Source of the DNA: an uncultured Ignavibacteriales bacterium
Lineage (GTDB): Bacteria > Bacteroidota > Ignavibacteria > Ignavibacteriales > Melioribacteraceae
Direction: 5' to 3'
DNA length: 64,000 nucleotides
NCBI GenBank assembly: GCA_947311785.1
Contig: CAMZLW010000079.1
Location: 4,016 to 68,015, forward strand
Made by a program: the position numbers and the translations under genes. How positions within the stretch are numbered: the first letter of the stretch is position 1; every line of letters begins with the position of its first letter. This document shows positions 30,402 through 37,846 of this stretch, piece after piece. The notes beneath the pieces are model-generated. The model worked only from the letters and a program-made list of their open reading frames with translations. It was not told the DNA's origin and did not search any database.

Positions 30402-30638
30402 ATGAATTTACAGACTAGAAAATTAAATTTAATTGAATACTTGATTGGAATTCAAGATGAGAAGATTTTCAAAATAATTGAAGATACTTTACATATGTCT
30501 TTAGTATCTGAGGGGAAATCTTTTAATCAATTTACTAAAGATGAGCTAATTAAAAGGACTCAGAAATCTAATTCTGATTATATTTCTGGAAATTTCAAAA
30601 CCCAGGACCAATTAGAAATTGAATCGCAAAATTGGTAG
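30402..30638 (+). CDS. Putative antitoxin (addiction-module component) of TA cassette 1
   Basis: 78-aa ORF. Its stop (TAG 30636-30638) is 4 nt before the ParE/RelE-like toxin ATG. Confidence 0.6.
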   Translation: MNLQTRKLNLIEYLIGIQDEKIFKIIEDTLHMSLVSEGKSFNQFTKDELIKRTQKSNSDYISGNFKTQDQLEIESQNW

Positions 30639-30642
30639 CTTG

Positions 30643-30960
30643 ATGAAAGTTGTTTGGTCAAAATTTGCCTCTGATACTTTGAGAGAAATTTTCAAGCATT
30701 ATAAAATAATAGCATCAAAAGAAATAGCAGATAAGATTAAAGAAAATATTTTTAGCTCAACAAAACAATTAAAAACCCATCCAAGTGCTGGTCAAATTGA
30801 ACAATCACTTAAACAACTTGGAGAAGAACATAGATATTTAGTTAGGGGAAATTATAAAATAATTTACAAAAAAGTGCCAGAAGGTATTTTAATAACAGAT
30901 GTTTTTGATACCAGGCAAGACCCTATAAAAATTAAGAACTCAAGAAACAACATTATATAA
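30643..30960 (+). CDS. Type II toxin, ParE/RelE superfamily (TA cassette 1)
   Basis: ATG at 30643 gives MKVVWSKFASDTLREIFKHYK...HPSAGQIEQSL...HRYLVRGNYKIIYKK..EGILITDVFDTRQDP, the typical ParE/RelE-family layout. The track start at 30619 overlaps the antitoxin. Confidence 0.8.
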   Translation: MKVVWSKFASDTLREIFKHYKIIASKEIADKIKENIFSSTKQLKTHPSAGQIEQSLKQLGEEHRYLVRGNYKIIYKKVPEGILITDVFDTRQDPIKIKNSRNNII

Positions 30961-31023
30961 TGTTGCGAAAAGAAGTAGAGACATTCTGCGGAATGTCCGT
31001 TTTTAACAGATACGATTTAGAAA

Positions 31024-31431
31024 ATGAAAGGCAATAATATGAACAATAAATATATATTTGGTGGATTTATAATAGTTGTGTTTTTCGGAATTATGGGATA
31101 TCTACTTACAGAAACAAACATAAAGTATGAAGAAGATTTTTCTCAAATTGAAAACAGCACTGGCACAATTAAAGCAACAGGTAGTTGGGTAAAAGAAAAA
31201 AATTATAATATAGATAAACAGAAACACCTTTTCTCGTTTTATATGAAAGATTATAACGGAAAAGAGATTAAAGTTGTTTACAAAGGAGCAATTCCAAATA
31301 ATTTTGAATCCTCTACAAGCGTTGTGGTTACTGGTAAATATAAGAATGGTAATTTTCACGCTTCCGATATTTTAACCAAATGTCCGTCCAAATACGAAAC
31401 TACTTATAAGGCAGCAGAAAAAGCTTCGTAA
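31024..31431 (+). CDS. ccmE: Heme chaperone CcmE, CxxxY variant
   Basis: 135 aa. N-terminal TM anchor, OB-fold region (VVTGKYKNGNFHASDIL), then TKCPSKYE where canonical CcmE has KHDENY. Cys codon TGT at 31381-31383. Confidence 0.88.
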   Translation: MKGNNMNNKYIFGGFIIVVFFGIMGYLLTETNIKYEEDFSQIENSTGTIKATGSWVKEKNYNIDKQKHLFSFYMKDYNGKEIKVVYKGAIPNNFESSTSVVVTGKYKNGNFHASDILTKCPSKYETTYKAAEKAS

Positions 31432-31521
31432 CTTTAAAGCATCAAAAAAACTATTGAACTTTTGGCAGAGCATGAATACATTAGAATGCCAGTAAATGAT
31501 AATTATTTACTGGAGGACATT

Positions 31522-31743
31522 ATGTCTAAAACAATTTTTCTTCGTTTAAGCGAAGAAAAATTTAAAAATCTTGCTAGTAGAGATAACAGACCCAGTTCTA
31601 ATTTTATTGAAACTGCCGTAAAAAAATATATTGAACATAATATTTATGTTGATGAATTTGAGATGGAAGAAATTAGAAATAATAGTGAACTAAACAAAAG
31701 TCTTAAAAAAGGTTTCTCTGATATGAAATCAAAAAAAGGATAG
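31522..31743 (+). CDS. Ribbon-helix-helix (CopG-like) antitoxin of TA cassette 2
   Basis: ATG at 31522 preceded by GGAGGA (31512-31517). MSKTIFLRLSEEKFKNLASRDNRPSSNFIETAVKKYI is a typical RHH N-terminus. Confidence 0.7.
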   Translation: MSKTIFLRLSEEKFKNLASRDNRPSSNFIETAVKKYIEHNIYVDEFEMEEIRNNSELNKSLKKGFSDMKSKKG

Positions 31744-31747
31744 TTTG

Positions 31748-32025
31748 TTGAATAGCTATAAAATTTTTGAGACAAATGAATTTCAAAAAAAATAGGTAAA
31801 GTATCCCCAAGAGATAAATCATTTATTGAGAAAAAGCTAATTCAATATGTATATCCTCAGCTAAAAGAAGAGCCTCATTACGGAAACAATATAAAAAAAA
31901 CAGTTGGTTACAATCCAGAAACATGGCGTTATAGAATTGGAAAATATAGGTTGTTTTACGTAATTGACAAATTGGATAAAACAATTTATATCTTATCAAT
32001 TGATTTAAGAAAAGTAGCATATTAA
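31748..32025 (+). pseudogene. RelE/StbE-type toxin gene interrupted by a frameshift in an A8 run
   Basis: Frame 1 from TTG 31748 reads LNSYKIFETNEFQKK then TAG (31793-31795). The -1 frame from 31792 continues IGKVSPRDKSFIEKKLIQYVYPQLKEEPHYGNNIKKTVGYNPETWRYRIGKYRLFYVIDKLDKTIYILSIDLRKVAY* and ends at 32025. The two parts join seamlessly if the A8 run (31785-31792) were A9. Confidence 0.75.
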
Positions 32026-32056
32026 TTATAAAGTTTAAAATAGAAAGGAAACATAA

Positions 32057-34474
32057 ATGATTGGAAATATTCTTTTAACATTTGCCTTGCTAGCATCCGT
32101 TTTTTCCATAATTATGTATTACCTAACTTATAAAGGTTACAGTAATACATTAAAATTAGCACGTGCTAGTTATCACGCTACAGCCATCTCGGTTTTAGGT
32201 GCTTCGGCATATTTGATGAGTTCAATAATAAACCATCAATACGAGTTTAAATATATTTACGATTACTCCAACAGCGACCTTAGTCTTGGAATGTTAATGT
32301 CAACATTCTACGCTGGGCAAGAAGGTAGCTTTATGTTGTGGCTACTACTTACTGCACTATCGGGAATTGCTTTGCTGGAATATACAGCAAAACGTGGCGA
32401 TTTAGAGAGCCGTGTTATGATGGTCTTTACGCTGGCACTAGCGTTTTTATTGGTGATGGTAAGCCCTGGACTCAAAAATCCGTTTACACTTATTTGGCTG
32501 GACCCAACGTATATTAATATCAAAAATATTAGTTCATCATTCTTATCACTTCCCTTTTTGCAAGAATTTATGTTCACGGATCAATCCTCAGGAACTAGTT
32601 TAGTTCTGCTAAACGAAAAATTGGCTGGACTATTGGCAAGTAACGGAATTTCTGTAAACGATTTTATTGCTTTCGGAAAAGGGTTAAACCCATTGTTGAA
32701 TAATTTTTGGATGCAAATTCATCCTCCAATGCTTTTTATTGGCTTTGCAATGTCAACAGTTCCTTTTGCTTTTGCCTTTGCTGCACTGATTAAAAACGAT
32801 TACAGCGAGTGGGTTGCCCCATCGTTGCCGTGGCTACTTGGCGGAATGGCTGTGTTAGGGTTGGCAATAATGCTTGGCGGTTACTGGGCTTACGTCATTC
32901 TTGGCTGGGGTGGATATTGGGGTTGGGACCCTGTGGAAAACTCATCGCTTGTGCCTTGGATTATTGGCGTTGCAGGAATCCATACAATGATTATCCAAAA
33001 GAAAACGCAAACAAAAAAACATCCAGGAAAATTTATTAAAACAAATTTAATATTGTCAATTCTCACATATTTGTTAGTTCTTTACTCAACGTTCCTTACA
33101 CGCAGTGGTGTATTGGGCGATGCCTCTGTTCACTCTTTTGTTTCACCAGGAATGGTAACTTATACTTTACTTCTTCTTTTCATTGTTACATTTACTATAC
33201 TCGGTTTTGGTGGAATAATTTACAGATGGAAATATTTGGAGAAAACTTTTTCTGCAGAAGAGAATATCCTTTCGCGTGAGTTAGCTCTTTTTACAGGGGC
33301 TGTTGTGCTTATTGCTGCATCGGTAATTATTATTGCAGGAACTTCGGCACCTATTTTTGGCTCGGCTGTTGAAATTAGTTTTTATAACGAAATGACTTTA
33401 CCCATAGCTATTATAATGGGATTTCTTATTGGCTTTAGCATTTTGCTCGATTGGAAAAAAACGAAAGAAAAAACCATTGTTGATAAAGTAAAAATTCCAT
33501 TAGTAATTTCGTTAGTAGTTACTTTGGTTACCGTTCTGCTTGGTGGTTTTACAGATATAATGGCAATTTTATTTTTGTTCTCGGCATATTTCACTTTAGT
33601 TGTTGCAAGTTATCTTTTTATTAAAATAGTAAACAAGAACACTTCATTTGTTGGTGGCTACATTGCCCACATTGGTTTTGCCTTGTTTATGCTGGGTGTT
33701 ATTGCTTCTGGCTGGTTTACCGAAGAGAAACAAATGGAATTAATTAAAGGAGAAACAAAAGAAGCATTTGGCTATAACGTTACTTTTACTGGATATCATC
33801 CAATAGAAGATGGCAAAAAATTTGCTTTCGATATTGAAATTGAAAAAGATGGTTCTAAAAACAATCTTGCTCCAGTAATGTTTGTATCCGATTTTAACCA
33901 AAGCTTAACACGCGATCCTGATATATTAAATTTAATTACAAAAGATTTATACATCTCGCCAATTAGTTACGAAGAAGCTAAAACCTCCAGTGGTGGCGGG
34001 CATCAACACGAAACAGTTCTTCAAAAAGGGATACCTTTTGAGTTTCACGAATCACAAATTACATTCACTAAATTTAATTTTCCAAAAGATGCAATGAACT
34101 CAATGCAATCTGGTGCTGACTTTTTTATCGGTGCAGTTTTAGAAGTTTTCCACAACGGAAAAACTTATAGTGCAGAGCCCAAAATGAAAAGCAGTGGTGG
34201 AAGCAGAACATACGAGCATGTAACAATTGAAGAAGCAAATCTTAAAATTGAAATGCTAAACTTAGACGCCTCTGGCAAAATTGATGTGATTATTACTGAA
34301 CTATCTGCGGATGATAACACCACTCAGAAAGCTCAAATTACAAAAGGTGAATCGCTCTGGGTTGATGCAAGCATAAAGCCATTTATGAATTTAATTTGGA
34401 TTGGAACATTAGCAATAGTGCTTGGATTTTTGATTGCAATGATGCGTAGAGGGAAAGAAGCGAAAAGAGTATAA
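32057..34474 (+). CDS. ccmF: Cytochrome c heme lyase subunit CcmF
   Basis: 805 aa polytopic protein with WWD motif GWGGYWGWDPVENSSLVPW and conserved His residues. Long periplasmic C-terminal region. Confidence 0.92.
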   Translation: MIGNILLTFALLASVFSIIMYYLTYKGYSNTLKLARASYHATAISVLGASAYLMSSIINHQYEFKYIYDYSNSDLSLGMLMSTFYAGQEGSFMLWLLLTALSGIALLEYTAKRGDLESRVMMVFTLALAFLLVMVSPGLKNPFTLIWLDPTYINIKNISSSFLSLPFLQEFMFTDQSSGTSLVLLNEKLAGLLASNGISVNDFIAFGKGLNPLLNNFWMQIHPPMLFIGFAMSTVPFAFAFAALIKNDYSEWVAPSLPWLLGGMAVLGLAIMLGGYWAYVILGWGGYWGWDPVENSSLVPWIIGVAGIHTMIIQKKTQTKKHPGKFIKTNLILSILTYLLVLYSTFLTRSGVLGDASVHSFVSPGMVTYTLLLLFIVTFTILGFGGIIYRWKYLEKTFSAEENILSRELALFTGAVVLIAASVIIIAGTSAPIFGSAVEISFYNEMTLPIAIIMGFLIGFSILLDWKKTKEKTIVDKVKIPLVISLVVTLVTVLLGGFTDIMAILFLFSAYFTLVVASYLFIKIVNKNTSFVGGYIAHIGFALFMLGVIASGWFTEEKQMELIKGETKEAFGYNVTFTGYHPIEDGKKFAFDIEIEKDGSKNNLAPVMFVSDFNQSLTRDPDILNLITKDLYISPISYEEAKTSSGGGHQHETVLQKGIPFEFHESQITFTKFNFPKDAMNSMQSGADFFIGAVLEVFHNGKTYSAEPKMKSSGGSRTYEHVTIEEANLKIEMLNLDASGKIDVIITELSADDNTTQKAQITKGESLWVDASIKPFMNLIWIGTLAIVLGFLIAMMRRGKEAKRV

Positions 34475-34501
34475 ACGATAAATTAAAACTGCTACATAAA
34501 A

Positions 34502-34540
34502 ATTGGTTCAAAAACTGCATGAACAAGTTTTTGAACCAAT
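34502..34540. terminator. Shared (bidirectional) terminator between convergent ccmF and ABC-F genes
   Basis: Perfect 15-bp stem attggttcaaaaact (34502-34516) / agtttttgaaccaat (34526-34540). On the minus strand it is followed by ttttatg. Confidence 0.75.
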
Positions 34541-34663
34541 AACTTATAATTCTTTTCACCATCACGCCTAATTTTTGATAACCTAACTGAGCCATGTTTT
34601 AGTGTAGCACAATGCACCGTAAGTTAGGAATAACATGAGCTTGCGTGTTTTCACCACTTGGTT

Positions 34664-36550
34664 TCAAGTATTTCCAGATTTTATATCTTCCAATTCTTCC
34701 CATCTATCGTAAAGAGCTTGCACTTTTGCTTTTGCCAAATTTAGTTTTTCGTTTAGCTCTTTAGTTTGCTCGGCATACTTGGTAAAAAAATCTGGAGAAG
34801 AGAAAACAGATTCAATTTTTTCCACTTCAGTTTCGGCATTAAGAATATCATTTTCAATATTTTCTAATTCCTTTTTCTCTTTCCAAGTGAGTTTCCTAAC
34901 GGATAACTTTGTACGCTCTGCTTTTTCTTTTGGTTGGATATTACTTTTTTTATCTGAAGTAATTCGTGATTTTTTCTTTTCAACATAGTAGTTATAATCC
35001 CCTTCGCTAAAGTGAATTTTGCCATTATCTTCAAAAGCTAAAATCCCTGTACAAACTCTATTCAAGAAATATCTATCGTGACTAACCACAACAACGCAAC
35101 CGTTAAATGATAAAAGGGCTTCTTCCAAAATACGTAACGTTGGTAAATCTAAATCGTTAGTTGGTTCATCAAGTATTAAAAAATTTCCACCATTCTTTAA
35201 AATGTTAGCAAGAGTTAATCTACTTTTTTCGCCACCAGAAAGCCGCCCAACTTTTGTATTTATTCGTTCATCTGCAAATAGAAATCTGCGTAAATAAGTA
35301 AATACATTTATTTCTCGGTTGCCAAATTTAATAGAGTTGTTCCCCTCTCCAATGGCTTCAACAACTGTATCGTCATCATTCAAAATTAAACGCGATTGGT
35401 CAACATAATTAAACTCAGTTTTTTCTCCAATATCAATTGAGCCAGTATCTGCCTCAAGTTCACCAAGAATTAGTTTTAATAGCGTAGTTTTACCAACTCC
35501 ATTTTTTCCAACAATGCCAAGTCTTCGTCCAGGTTCAAATGCAAAACTAAGATGTTCAATAAGCTGTTTGCCACCAAGCTCCATTCCAATATTTTTTAAC
35601 TCCACTACTTTGTTGCCTAATCTATTGGGCGGAGGAATTACTAAATCGACTTGAAGTTCAATTTCCATATTTTCTTGTGAAGCTATTTCGTAATAATTAT
35701 CGAGCCTACTTTTCGATTTTGTTGTCCTAGCTTTTGGTCCACGCCTTACCCACTCTAGCTCACGCTTCAAAAAGTTCTGACGTTTTTTTTCTTCAACCTC
35801 TTGTATAGCTTGGCGTTCCGACTTATTAATTAAATAATCTGTGTAATTTCCTTTGTGCGAATAAAAAATTCCGTTATTAATTTCAACAATTCTATTTGCA
35901 ATCCGGTCTAAAAAATATCTATCGTGAGTTACAAAAATGCACGTTCCTCTATACCCAGCAAGGAAATTTTCAATCCATTCAATCGATTCTGTATCAAGAT
36001 GGTTTGTTGGCTCATCCAAAATTAACAATTCGGGCTTTGAAATTAATGCACGGCAAAGTGCAACTCTTCTCTTTTCACCTCCCGAAAGTAATGCAACGTT
36101 TCGCTCTCCACCAGGTGTAGTAAGAGCTTTCATCAAAACAGAGATTTGCTTATCCAAATTCCACGCATCTTTTTCTGCTATTTCAATTTCGAGCAGTTCC
36201 CTTTTCGGTGAGTCGAACGAAGTATTTTCATATTCGTTAATTAAATTTTGAATACTCTCGGCACCATCCATTATATTTTCAAATACTGTTTTGGAATTAT
36301 CTAGCGTAAAGTCCTGCGTGAGAAATCCAATATTCATATCTTTCTTTTTTGCAACTTTTCCGGAATCGGGATTTATTACATTGGAAATTACTTTTAAGAA
36401 TGTTGATTTACCCACACCATTCCTACCCACAAGCCCTATTCTATCTCCCTCGTGAATACTTAAAGATGCATTATCAAGAATTATTTGTGCACCGAAACTG
36501 AGCGATAGTTCCATTGCTGTTAGTATTACTGGGGTTACGTTTTCTGCCAT
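34664..36550 (-). CDS. ABC-F family ATPase (two ABC domains, no TM domain; translation-factor type)
   Basis: 628 aa. Walker A GRNGVGKST and GKNGVGKTT, signatures LSGGEKRR and LSGGEKSR, charged linker, C-terminal coiled-coil tail. Confidence 0.9.
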   Translation of the reverse strand: MAENVTPVILTAMELSLSFGAQIILDNASLSIHEGDRIGLVGRNGVGKSTFLKVISNVINPDSGKVAKKKDMNIGFLTQDFTLDNSKTVFENIMDGAESIQNLINEYENTSFDSPKRELLEIEIAEKDAWNLDKQISVLMKALTTPGGERNVALLSGGEKRRVALCRALISKPELLILDEPTNHLDTESIEWIENFLAGYRGTCIFVTHDRYFLDRIANRIVEINNGIFYSHKGNYTDYLINKSERQAIQEVEEKKRQNFLKRELEWVRRGPKARTTKSKSRLDNYYEIASQENMEIELQVDLVIPPPNRLGNKVVELKNIGMELGGKQLIEHLSFAFEPGRRLGIVGKNGVGKTTLLKLILGELEADTGSIDIGEKTEFNYVDQSRLILNDDDTVVEAIGEGNNSIKFGNREINVFTYLRRFLFADERINTKVGRLSGGEKSRLTLANILKNGGNFLILDEPTNDLDLPTLRILEEALLSFNGCVVVVSHDRYFLNRVCTGILAFEDNGKIHFSEGDYNYYVEKKKSRITSDKKSNIQPKEKAERTKLSVRKLTWKEKKELENIENDILNAETEVEKIESVFSSPDFFTKYAEQTKELNEKLNLAKAKVQALYDRWEELEDIKSGNT

Positions 36551-36724
36551 AAATTTAAGTTTTGTGTAAAAGAAAAAAATAATTGTGCTAATATACTATT
36601 TAAAAATTTGGTTGAGTTCTAATTTATAAACTTAACATCACATTTATAGAAGCATTTTTCTTTTCCCAACTTACACCTCTATTCTAATATTTTTAGTAAA
36701 TTTACGTTTTCAAAAATAAACTTA

Positions 36725-37408
36725 ATGCTAATGGAAAACTTTCAAGGAATCATCTCCTTATTTATTGCTTGTATTGAAATAGTGCTTTTAATTAATCTTC
36801 TAATCTTTTCAGAAAAGAATAGAGAGAATAAAATAATTATAGGTCTTGTAACTCTTCTTTTTGGATACCAGTTTATGGAGTTCTTTATGTGTTACACGGC
36901 AAGCTATTCCTACTTGTTGGTTTATATTTCGTTTATTATTATCTCGTTTCTTCCTCCGCTAATGCTCTACTTGGTTTTAACTGTAAACAAAGTTAAAAAC
37001 AAATTGATGCTTTTAGTTTTTGTTCCAATAATAGTGTTGTTAACTTATTATCTATTTGTATTAAACAGTTTTGAAATTACTAACTGCACAGTTCTTTTTG
37101 CTGCTTACGAAATGCCACTTGGAGATTTATATGGGGTTGTTTATTACTCGCCAATTATAGTTTCAATTTACCTTTTATCAAAAATGATTTATAACCCAGT
37201 GTTTAGTAATGAGAAAACGAATCTTATAATAATGCTTGTTGGAATTTTAACCACATTTGTTCCTGTTGCAATAATCATTGCAATGTTTCCAGTTCTAATA
37301 GATTATGTGGAAAGCTTCTTTTGTAAAGCTGCATCAATAATAGCAATAACATTTACACTTTATGCTATGAGAAATAATAGCAAAGTTAAAGAGAAAATTA
37401 ATGAATGA
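36725..37408 (+). CDS. Hypothetical 6-7 TM membrane protein (resembles stand-alone sensor-kinase-type 7TM module)
   Basis: 227 aa, almost entirely hydrophobic helices, no catalytic motif. Confidence 0.5.
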   Translation: MLMENFQGIISLFIACIEIVLLINLLIFSEKNRENKIIIGLVTLLFGYQFMEFFMCYTASYSYLLVYISFIIISFLPPLMLYLVLTVNKVKNKLMLLVFVPIIVLLTYYLFVLNSFEITNCTVLFAAYEMPLGDLYGVVYYSPIIVSIYLLSKMIYNPVFSNEKTNLIIMLVGILTTFVPVAIIIAMFPVLIDYVESFFCKAASIIAITFTLYAMRNNSKVKEKINE

Positions 37409-37733
37409 AACAATACTAAATATTTTTTTGGAAATAGAAAATGGGTTTGTTGTTGGATTCAAAGCAAAATCATATTTAAGTGATGATGGTGATCAGCAAA
37501 AAATAGATTTATTAAAAGAGAAAGCAAAAATAGATTTTACAAATTCATTTCATTTTGATGCTCCGATGAACAAACACGGAGAGTATATGAAATACAGTAG
37601 TTTTGCAAAACTTGAAAGTCGTGGAATGCACTTCCAACTATTTGAAGAAATGTTTGCAAAATTTGATGTTCCAGAAAACCCACTTGTTTGCGTTACACCT
37701 GTTGTTGATGGGGAAGTTAGAGCAAGTGAATAA
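37401..37733 (+). CDS. Hypothetical soluble protein, translationally coupled to the preceding membrane protein
   Basis: 110 aa. ATGAATGA 8-nt overlap with the upstream gene. No family recognised. Confidence 0.45.
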   Translation: MNETILNIFLEIENGFVVGFKAKSYLSDDGDQQKIDLLKEKAKIDFTNSFHFDAPMNKHGEYMKYSSFAKLESRGMHFQLFEEMFAKFDVPENPLVCVTPVVDGEVRASE

Positions 37734-37846
37734 TTTTTTTAAGTAGGTCATACAGGTATATCAGTTAAAAGTCATTATATAAGTATGGGTTTATAAATAA
37801 TCAGACAATTTAAGAACAAAATTATAATAATAAATAAGAGAGAAGT

